Positions 8,201-14,699 of a stretch of 32,000 bases of DNA are shown piece after piece; positions within the stretch are counted from its first letter, which is position 1, and the number at the start of each line of letters is the position of its first letter. The notes under the pieces were generated by a model that did not search any database, was not told the origin of the DNA, and saw only the letters and a program-made list of their open reading frames with translations. The position numbers were made by a program, and so were the translations under genes. The stretch comes from Acaryochloris thomasi RCC1774. Its GTDB lineage: Bacteria; Cyanobacteriota; Cyanobacteriia; Thermosynechococcales; Thermosynechococcaceae. The stretch lies in NCBI RefSeq assembly GCF_003231495.1, contig NZ_PQWO01000012.1, positions 60,001-92,000 of the forward strand. Reading direction: 5' to 3'.

Positions 8201-11200
8201 AGTTTAATCGTTTGATCTTCACTGCCGCTGGCTAAGAGGCCCCCCTCTGGACTGAAGGCAACTGACCAAATCCTGCTGGTGTGTCCTTTCAAAGTCCGTA
8301 AACACTGGCCGGTCTCAAGATCCCAGAGCTTGATGGTTTGGTCTTCGCTGCCGCTGGCGATCAGATGATCTTGGGGACTGAATCTAACGGCACAGACGGC
8401 ATCGGTATGTCCTGACAGCGTTTGCCGATAGGTCGGTCCTTCTACATTCCACAGCTTGATCTGGTGGTCGTCATTGGCGCTTGCCAAAATGCCGCCGTAG
8501 GGATGTTGCGCAGAACCGGGACTGAAGGCAACGGACCAGACGCGATCAATATAGCCCTGGAGTGTTCTCTGGCACTGACCGTTGGTCCCCCATAGCTTGA
8601 CGGTGTTGTCACCACTGCCGCTAGCGAGGGTTTTTCCATCGGGGCTGAAGGCGACAGAGCGAATCCAGTTACCATGTCCTCGAAGGGTTTGACGACAGTT
8701 CCCTGAAGCGATTTGCCAGAGCCTGATGGTCCTATCTTCGCTGCCGCTGGCGAGGGTTTCTCCGTCAGGGCTGAAGGCAATGGAGCGCACCCAGTTGGTG
8801 TGTCCAGACAAGGTTTGAATACAGTGGCCGGTCTGAGTGTCCCAAAACTTGATCGTGCAGTCGCTGCTGCTGCTGGCTAGTCTGTTGCCTGAGGCATAGG
8901 CTAAGGACCACACCCGTTTTGAGTGCCCCTCTAGCGTCTGTTCACACCGTCCCGTTTCCGTCGCCCAGAACTTAATAGTTTGATCATCACTGCCGCTGGC
9001 GATTGTTTTCCCGTTGGGGCTGAAGGTGACGGAGCGCACCCAGTCGGTATGGCCGGTTAGGGTCTGGTGACAGGCTCCTGTTTCTAAGTCCCAGAGCTTG
9101 ACGGTGTGATCTTCGCTGGCGCTGGCGAGGAGGGGTGTTGTGGGGTGGAAGGCCACTGACCAGACTTGAGCTTTGTGATCAAACGTTTGCCGACATTGAC
9201 CTGTTTCTAGATCCCAGAGTTTGATGGTGCGATCGCTACTCCCGCTCGCCACAGTACCGCCATCGGGACTAAAGGCCACGGACCAGATCCAGTCTGTATG
9301 TCCCGAACAAATAAGCAGATTTCGGCCATCCTCAACGCTCCAGATGCGAATCTCACCTTTCGCATCTCCAGTGGCTAGACGTGTTCCATCAGGGCTGAAC
9401 GCTAGTGCTAGCGGCAAGCTCAGCGTTTCTATAAAGGCAGCCTGAGACAGATCAGCCTCCTGTAGGTTGCAGTCGGATAAATGAACCCGACGTAAATCGG
9501 CCTGCCGCAGCGCTAGTCCTGAGAAGTCATAGTGCTCCAAGACCGGGCTGGACTGGCTCAGCAGATTGAGAATGTTGCCCGCCGCGTAGCTCGACTGTAA
9601 GGTGGGATCGCTGTGCAGCCCCGCCAGAGCCTGACGCAAGCAGGGTTCACTGTTCGCCTCGCTGCCGCACTGACCGGACAAACCGTTGAGGACCGGCTGC
9701 AGAATCTCTCGAATTTGAATTTCGCGAATGTAGTCGCTACTCTGAGCCTTGAGCAAAGTATGGGTGCAGAAAAGGGCGGTGGCAGATAGATTCTCCTGCT
9801 CTGCTTCCGTCTCTGAAACTTGACCAAGAGTCAAAATCTCATGGCAAACCTGGTCTACAAGCTGTGCAGTAACGTACTCCATAACCACTGGCTGTTGGGC
9901 ATAGCGGCCTGCTTGTTTTTCAAGTAGCGATCGCCACATCAGCGACTCCAGGGCTTCTAGGAGTGCCGACCGCGAGGTTTGAGGCACAAGATCTTCGGCG
10001 AGTTCAGCAATCGCAGTCCACTCCCGGTTGATGGCTAACCAATACATGACCGATTGCTCTAGGGGCGTGCAGCGCTGGAACTGCTGTTCTAATAGTTGAT
10101 GAATACCGCTGAAGATGCCTGCGCCGGGTCGATGGAAGGCGGCAATGTCACCATCAAACAAGTCTTGAATGGAGGTGGCGACAATTTTTAGGGCCAAGGG
10201 ATTGTGGCCGTAGAACTGGCACAGGTCCTGCTGCTGTTGTTCTGTTCCGATCAGACCCTTGGTCTGGACCAGGGTCATCGCGGCTTCTGGCGAACCATTC
10301 AATAGGAGCGATCGCACCGGCAGATCCATGCCCTCTAATGCAGAAAATTCTCGCGGCTTCTCGCGGCTGGTGAGGATCAAGCAGCTTTGATGGTGGGTCT
10401 CTCCCATCAACCGCAGGAGTTCTCCGTAGTTTTCGTAGCCGGGGTGATACTGTCCAGAGCGCTGGTCTCCTTTTAAAAGCGTTTCAACGTTGTCTAGAAT
10501 CAGCAGGCATCGGGTCTGACGCAGGCCATCCATCAAACGAGCTAAGGTTGGCTCTGTTTCCTGCTGGTCAGAGATAATGGGGACGATCTCACCCATTAGG
10601 GTTTCTAGGCTAGGGGCATTCCGCAGAGATCGCCAAACAATGCAGTCAAATTTATCGTCAGCATCAGACCCTAATTGAGAATGCTCAACGAGGACCTGTG
10701 CTAGCTTCACCGATAGGGACGTCTTGCCAATACCGCCCATGCCTAGCAAGACAATGACGCGACAGCGATCCGCCAGGGTCCACTGCTCCAGCATTTCTAG
10801 TTCATCGGCACGTCCATAGAAGAGGCTGACATCCGGAGCGTTTCCCCAGTCGCAGCGTAGAGAGGAAGCTCCTGTTGATGTCTCGGAGGCTGATCGGTGG
10901 ACCTCTACGTATCTATCTTGCTGGGCATTTTGGTGATTTGTTAATAACGCTGGTTCGTCGAGGAGATGTTGATAGAAGGCTTGAATTGATTGACTGGGGT
11001 CGATTCCTAGCTCTTCTTGTAGGGTCGTCATGCAGCGATGATAGACCTGCAGGGCTTGGGTGCGGTCGCCGTTGGCGAGATGCGATCGCATCAAGTATTC
11101 ATAAGCAGTTTCACTCAGCGGATCCATCTGCAGAAGCTGCTGGGCATAGCGAATCACCTGGCTATGGTCTCGCTGTATCTGCAAAAGCTGCAGCAGCCCT

Positions 11201-11772
11201 GCATAAGCTTGAATGCAGGATTGATGGAGTCGCTCGCGCTCAGCTTCAATCCACTCGTCATAGCAGCTCGGCAGTAATTTCCCTTCATAGAGCTTGACTG
11301 CCTGCTGCAGAGCTGAGCCAATTGTTTTCAACTGCTCGGGCTGACGGGTTACAAGCTCATCTGACTGATCGACGAACAAAGAGACAGCTCGCTCAAACTC
11401 ATTGACATCAAGGGTATAGGGAGACTCTAAACGCCACTGGATGGACTGTGTGTCAACCGCAATGAACTGCTCTGAATCTGGAAAAACCTGGCGCAGAGAA
11501 TGGAGATTTCGTCGCAGGTTCGTTCGCGCCTGCGAGTCACTGGAGTCTGGCCAGAGGCGAAATGCAATCTGCTGTCGAGATTGAGGCGTATGTCGATGCA
11601 GCAGCAAGTAGGCCAGCAGGGACTGCAGCCGCTTCGGTATCTTCCCACCGATGGACTTTTGTTTGTAGATCAGGTCAAAGCCACCTAAGAATCTTATTCG
11701 TAAGATTTTTGGCACACTCACATACCTTCTTGAAACGGTGGAAGCTTCAAGTGGATAGCCCCACGATCTCAT
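5245..11772 (-). CDS. giant STAND regulator: SARP (OmpR-type wHTH + BTAD), NB-ARC, pentapeptide, 14 WD40 repeats, fused to a second AAA_16 P-loop and TPR-like module
   Basis: Single 2175-codon ORF.
- wHTH+BTAD, about 10945-11715: ILRIRFLGGFDL...LLAYLLLHRHTPQSRQQIAFRLWPD...LRRNLHSLRQ, then LYEGKLLP..YDEWIEAERERL...ALQVYHRCMTTLQEELGIDPS.
- NB-ARC: Walker A GMGGIGKT at 10720-10743 and Walker B CLLILDNVE.
- Pentapeptide-like tract at 9435-9531.
- WD40 array at 7650-9411.
- Second P-loop LLLLGESGIGKT at 7366-7389 and Walker B LVIIFDDIQWLDE at about 7085-7122.
- Helical/TPR-like tail from about 6500 down to 5245.
The true start may be the GTG at 11715 (AGAAGG lies 9 nt upstream), which would give (M)PKILRIRFLGG. 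Confidence 0.9.
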   Translation of the reverse strand: MRSWGYPLEASTVSRRYVSVPKILRIRFLGGFDLIYKQKSIGGKIPKRLQSLLAYLLLHRHTPQSRQQIAFRLWPDSSDSQARTNLRRNLHSLRQVFPDSEQFIAVDTQSIQWRLESPYTLDVNEFERAVSLFVDQSDELVTRQPEQLKTIGSALQQAVKLYEGKLLPSCYDEWIEAERERLHQSCIQAYAGLLQLLQIQRDHSQVIRYAQQLLQMDPLSETAYEYLMRSHLANGDRTQALQVYHRCMTTLQEELGIDPSQSIQAFYQHLLDEPALLTNHQNAQQDRYVEVHRSASETSTGASSLRCDWGNAPDVSLFYGRADELEMLEQWTLADRCRVIVLLGMGGIGKTSLSVKLAQVLVEHSQLGSDADDKFDCIVWRSLRNAPSLETLMGEIVPIISDQQETEPTLARLMDGLRQTRCLLILDNVETLLKGDQRSGQYHPGYENYGELLRLMGETHHQSCLILTSREKPREFSALEGMDLPVRSLLLNGSPEAAMTLVQTKGLIGTEQQQQDLCQFYGHNPLALKIVATSIQDLFDGDIAAFHRPGAGIFSGIHQLLEQQFQRCTPLEQSVMYWLAINREWTAIAELAEDLVPQTSRSALLEALESLMWRSLLEKQAGRYAQQPVVMEYVTAQLVDQVCHEILTLGQVSETEAEQENLSATALFCTHTLLKAQSSDYIREIQIREILQPVLNGLSGQCGSEANSEPCLRQALAGLHSDPTLQSSYAAGNILNLLSQSSPVLEHYDFSGLALRQADLRRVHLSDCNLQEADLSQAAFIETLSLPLALAFSPDGTRLATGDAKGEIRIWSVEDGRNLLICSGHTDWIWSVAFSPDGGTVASGSSDRTIKLWDLETGQCRQTFDHKAQVWSVAFHPTTPLLASASEDHTVKLWDLETGACHQTLTGHTDWVRSVTFSPNGKTIASGSDDQTIKFWATETGRCEQTLEGHSKRVWSLAYASGNRLASSSSDCTIKFWDTQTGHCIQTLSGHTNWVRSIAFSPDGETLASGSEDRTIRLWQIASGNCRQTLRGHGNWIRSVAFSPDGKTLASGSGDNTVKLWGTNGQCQRTLQGYIDRVWSVAFSPGSAQHPYGGILASANDDHQIKLWNVEGPTYRQTLSGHTDAVCAVRFSPQDHLIASGSEDQTIKLWDLETGQCLRTLKGHTSRIWSVAFSPEGGLLASGSEDQTIKLWDVHTGQCLRTLKGHTNWVCSVAFCPAESLRLVSGGYDQTIKIWDPFTGACCQTLEGHSNWVWSIALSPDGQHLASGSGDHSIKLWNLKTGQCLKTLEGHSSRVWSVAFSPDGQCLASASSDKTVKLWDVRTGGCLQTLEGHTNLAWAVTFSPEGHLLASGSQDETVHLWDRETGECVAVLRGARPYDRTNILHARGLTEAQRMSLKQLGAVEQIKTAAATNAEISNVPIAASQGKPLATLPSTSSLIGRRQEWEMIQGWLGSHLSLLLLGESGIGKTRVLETLRSAVQDMGGQVLWGRGFEAEKVRPFSIWLDALPSQLPAELGTLFPEPGDPELQIDRSRLFDAVAEYLTGLAKQSVPLVIIFDDIQWLDEISTALLNYVVCLLGHSSIQFACAARHRDLEANAAACQLVKTLRRDRKLQVIPLEPLDRQATTELTQTIDADLDSDRIYTDSGGNPLFALEIARTIASGYSADADNLEALVQERLQQLDTSTQDLLTWAAAMGRSFDPMQVAQIADCPLTTFLTAIEELEQQGILSPDIRDDGEAVYLFTHDVVRQVAYGQPSEPRRRLMHRHIAHQLQKLTSSDDALASDIARHAAIGQDPELAATSLLAAAERGLRLFAYTDAAALARWGIEQCQSLPPEVRISLHLRLLKVCVLAGMDKVQAQQVEVSLNQLLLEARRLSLPDEEALGLEVLIALHYEQDNLADVHQQCLKAVEQGRSASPTVMAQMLAYTGWCLSDIGREMERAEALLLEAQSLASRVGLEPFDIPCGLGCVRRYHGDDEQARLLLTQARQIAQYMQDHWREFTCVSYLAMLELESGNAIAALDYCRQLTTVAAQLGGGNEGAVAAALVALSQYWLQPSEAETELEQTLDRLKCVDAQRSLAYTLTSAAEKDLERGEPQRAISRCQMALEAARVVDHPSDVALVLATLIQGYLAIGELELAETHFRDLQKINPLGLAARARVAIANISTQLDAPIHTA
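7650..9411 (-). repeat. intragenic array of 14 WD40 repeat units (~126 nt each, two predicted 7-bladed propellers)
   Basis: Fourteen units fit GH(T/S)xW(V/I)xSVAFSPDGxxLASGSxDxTIKLWDxxTGQCxxTL. Each ends in (I/V)(K/R/H)(L/F/I)W: IRIW, IKLW, VKLW, IKFW, IKFW, IRLW, VKLW, IKLW, IKLW, IKLW, IKIW, IKLW, VKLW, VHLW. Neighbouring units look only about two-thirds identical at nucleotide level by eye. Confidence 0.9.
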
Positions 11773-12087
11773 CTTACCGATTCTGCTCCAACAAATAGGT
11801 TTATTGTTGACACCCCATATCTGTCAGTAGATATCTAGGATGATAGATCTGTTTTCAACTTTAGTCTTATCTGTCTGAAAAACCCTCATTACGCAAATAT
11901 TCCCCCTATTCGTTTGGAGAGGCTAATCTTGCAGTTTCTTTGATAGTAGGAAATTCATAATTCAGGACTATAGTCTAGAAAAAGCTGAAGTCATCAAACT
12001 TTCTTCTAGGCAAATCCTACGTGCGTTTTGGAGTTTCGTGACCGCGGAGGACACTTATGTTTGGTCCCTCGCATAGATGGCTTACTT

Positions 12088-12648
12088 TTATTTGGATACG
12101 GGGAGTGTCGTTGACTCTCCAGTTGACGCGTCTAGACCGACAGGCTGGTTGAAAGTCAGGCTTATCGTTGCTCTCTTCTCAACATCAAGTGACCCTTCTT
12201 GAATGAATTGGCTCTCGCGAACTGTTCCTTTGCGTGCCCGTTGATCATTGTGATAAATGTCTCCTGTCTCTAGGTCGTACTCTAGCTCTAGCGCGACACC
12301 GTCAAAAAAGCTGATGTCAACAGGCTCATCATTTTGAGGTCCGTCGTTGTCATATAGCTCAACCCGAATCGGCACCCTAGCTTTTGAAGTCTGTTTTGTC
12401 TGAGTGAGGTCGAATCCGGCTGAATTAAAATTATTACGGCCTTGATCGGAACCTATTTCCTGATCGTCGACAAAGAGCACGGCTTTCAACTCAGATCGTC
12501 GCTCAGTTTTATTATCAACTTCATCGAAAATTATCCTGGGGTCAGTATCGGTACGAACAACGCTGAACGTTCTGGTTGATCGAGATTGTGCTCGTGCGCC
12601 TCCTTTAGCGAGAGTTGGTGTAGAGCTAACTAACGCAGGAAGAGCCAT
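12088..12648 (-). CDS. hypothetical secreted protein (no family recognised)
   Basis: 186-aa ORF from the first canonical start. The in-frame upstream codons (to 12687/12696) encode a textbook Sec signal peptide, so the real start is probably non-canonical (see findings). The mature part is acidic and beta-rich (VELYDNDGPQNDEPVDISFFDGVALELEYDLETGDIY). The gene is lower in GC than its neighbours by eye. Confidence 0.6.
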   Translation of the reverse strand: MALPALVSSTPTLAKGGARAQSRSTRTFSVVRTDTDPRIIFDEVDNKTERRSELKAVLFVDDQEIGSDQGRNNFNSAGFDLTQTKQTSKARVPIRVELYDNDGPQNDEPVDISFFDGVALELEYDLETGDIYHNDQRARKGTVRESQFIQEGSLDVEKRATISLTFNQPVGLDASTGESTTLPVSK

Positions 12649-12744
12649 TGCTGCCAGTAAACCGAACGCAATAAGTTGGCGTTTTATAGCTTGAATATCC
12701 TTGGATTGAATTAAGTGGGCTTGCTAAGTGTTTTGAACAATTCA

Positions 12745-12792
12745 AAGGTATTTAGCTAGGCGTTATAAAAGAATTTTAGAAGCGTCCAGTAA
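12745..12792 (-). promoter_or_regulatory. possible weaker third copy of the 11-bp-repeat promoter (site C)
   Basis: On the plus strand GCGTTATAAAA lies at 12760-12770 (8/11 to GCGTTCCCAAA) and GCGTCCAGTAA at 12782-12792, 22 nt later, resembling the distal aCGTCCTGAG unit of site B. The middle unit is not conserved. In gene sense, 9 nt after the proximal repeat lies TACCTT (TAnnnT, plus 12745-12750), the same geometry as sites A and B. Confidence 0.3.
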
Positions 12793-12916
12793 ATGTTTTA
12801 TGATGTCTTTTGTTCGCAAAATATAATTAATTTAGAGGTGAAGCTTGCCCCAAATCTTGCTAAAGAATACAGATAGAAACGAAATAAATTTTATTAGAAA
12901 AAGTATATTCTTCTCC

Positions 12917-12943
12917 AAAAAAAAGCCCTCCTTGATGGAGGGC
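12917..12943 (-). terminator. Rho-independent terminator downstream of the HMGL-like gene
   Basis: Minus-strand reading is GCCCTCC-atcaa-GGAGGGC followed by TTTTTTTT. On the plus strand the A8 run is 12917-12924 and the stems are 12925-12931 and 12937-12943. It lies 74 nt after the stop at 13017. Confidence 0.75.
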
Positions 12944-13016
12944 GCACACAGGATATATCAAAAGTAGGGATAGTGGTGCGTTAGTACAGACCCCTAGTCT
13001 AGGTTTTACGTATTCT

Positions 13017-13847
13017 TTAAATTCTCCCAGACATTATATTGGTCACCTGCTCTGCAGCTTGCTCAAGCAGATCGGTCTTAACATTGGTGTAGTAATCAGG
13101 ATGCTTTGCGATCGCATCTAAAATTCCTCCTAAATCTGCATTCCCCTTCCTCACCCCTAGACCCTTGATCGAACACCCAACTTGTCGAGCACCGGCCTGA
13201 ATCGCCGCCAGCGAATTCTCAACCGCCAGCCCGCGATCGTCACGGCAGTGAACAGAAAGCGTCACCTGATCAATATTGGGCACCTGCCTTTTGAGTAAAG
13301 CAATGAGGCCTGCGAATGATTCCGGTTCAGCCACACCCGCCGTATCAGGAATATTGATTGTCGTTGCCCCACCCTCAATCGCCGTTTCCACCGCACAGCA
13401 GAGAAATTCTGGTTCACTCTTGAGGGCATTGAAAGCTGACCACTCTATGTCAAAAGAATAGTTGCGGGCGAGGACAAGGGTCTGACGGATCAGTTCTAGA
13501 AGTGCTGATCGGTTGAAAATGGCCTTCTGCTGCACTGGCGTGTAGACATGAATCCGCCCTCGTGCAGCAGACCGTAGGGCAAGGGCGACATCAATGACTT
13601 CATCAGGCTTGGAGCCTGCCAAACCACAAATGGCGGTCTGCTTGATCCGTTTTGAAACCATCAGCAGCTCATCAAAGTCTTTGCGGAAGGCACCGGGATA
13701 GCCGGCCTCAATCACATCAATCTGCATTTTTTCAAGTAATTCGGCAATTTGAACCTTTTGATAGAGCGTCATTCTCACCCCCGGCATCCGTTCACCGTCC
13801 CGGAGGGTGGTGTCAAAAATTGTAATTTTCGATGGAGAAGCCGTCAT
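13017..13847 (-). CDS. HMGL-like / 2-isopropylmalate-synthase-like TIM-barrel protein, truncated and with degenerate catalytic motifs
   Basis: MTASPSKITIFDTTLRDGERMPG...IDVIEAGYPGA...INIPDTAGVAEP...SVHCRDDRGLAVENSLAAIQAGA...GLGVRKGNA matches the LeuA/HMGL family backbone. I place the start at the ATG at 13847. The track ORF begins at a TTG at 13946, adding a Cys/Arg-rich 33-aa extension that is unlikely to be real. Confidence 0.75.
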   Translation of the reverse strand: MTASPSKITIFDTTLRDGERMPGVRMTLYQKVQIAELLEKMQIDVIEAGYPGAFRKDFDELLMVSKRIKQTAICGLAGSKPDEVIDVALALRSAARGRIHVYTPVQQKAIFNRSALLELIRQTLVLARNYSFDIEWSAFNALKSEPEFLCCAVETAIEGGATTINIPDTAGVAEPESFAGLIALLKRQVPNIDQVTLSVHCRDDRGLAVENSLAAIQAGARQVGCSIKGLGVRKGNADLGGILDAIAKHPDYYTNVKTDLLEQAAEQVTNIMSGRI

Positions 13848-13942
13848 AACAATGGGGAACACAGTATGGGGGAAAGGCGTTGAGCAACCACCGCGCTCAT
13901 GGATCCTTGATCGACGGGCCAGTCGACCGCACAGGCAGTCAC

Positions 13943-14533
13943 TCAACTCTGGAGCGCTGGGGGGTAGCGCACCATTGGGAAAATAGGAGGAGAATCGTTC
14001 ACCTGGATAGTGGTCAGCACCTCAAATCCGTGGCGTTCGTAGAAGGGAATGTTGTCGGGATTGGATGATTCAAGATAGGCCAGTTGGGCGTTGCGATCGC
14101 ACTCCCTCAGCACAGGCTCCATCAGGGCAGATCCGTGTCCTCTACGCTGCTGTTCTGGTTCAACGCCCAGCAATGCCAAATACCAGTGGGGCGCTTCAGG
14201 ATGACAGTTGCTCATCGCTTCGAATAGAGCAAACACGGTGTCTAGATCGGGGGAAACAGTTCGCTGAAGCAGAGTATTGAGAGCCTGATTTTCGGGATAG
14301 CTCCCCGGTGCCTGCCACAGCGCAGTTCCAGCGTTATTCTCAGCGGCATATGCCGTATCGGCATCAAAGGCAGTTCCACCTAACAACTGCACAAAATCAG
14401 GGAAGTACGTAAGGTACTGATGGGAGTTGGGATAAAGCCAACGCACTGCCGGATCGGTGCGAAAAGCAAGTACTAAAGCATCGATCATCGCATCCACTTT
14501 AGTGCTTGGTTCTCTGAGGGAGAGGGCTGTCAT
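13943..14533 (-). CDS. GNAT family N-acetyltransferase
   Basis: 196 aa with the acetyl-CoA binding core LLGVEPEQQRRGHGSALMEPVL...AYLESSNPDNIPFYERHGFEV. Confidence 0.85.
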   Translation of the reverse strand: MTALSLREPSTKVDAMIDALVLAFRTDPAVRWLYPNSHQYLTYFPDFVQLLGGTAFDADTAYAAENNAGTALWQAPGSYPENQALNTLLQRTVSPDLDTVFALFEAMSNCHPEAPHWYLALLGVEPEQQRRGHGSALMEPVLRECDRNAQLAYLESSNPDNIPFYERHGFEVLTTIQVNDSPPIFPMVRYPPALQS

Positions 14534-14699
14534 GATCTTGATCTCCTAAAGATTGGTCGTGGGTAGCAGGGCCTGACTTCAAACCTTGGCGATGATCTGT
14601 TACTACTAAGGTTGAGAACTGGCTCGTGTCCAGCAGTGACGCCGAAGAAAGCAGAGCGTTGGAGTAACGCTGTCCGATGCGGCAAATTTGGCACATGCT

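Noticed and set aside
13848-13946. 33-codon TTG-initiated N-terminal extension of the HMGL-like ORF, overlapping the GNAT stop as TTGA
   Set aside because: The extension (SDCLCGRLARRSRIHERGGCSTPFPHTVFPIV) is Cys/Arg-rich and unlike family N-termini, which begin about 10 aa before DTTLRDGE. The ATG at 13847 fits better, although translational coupling via TTGA remains possible.
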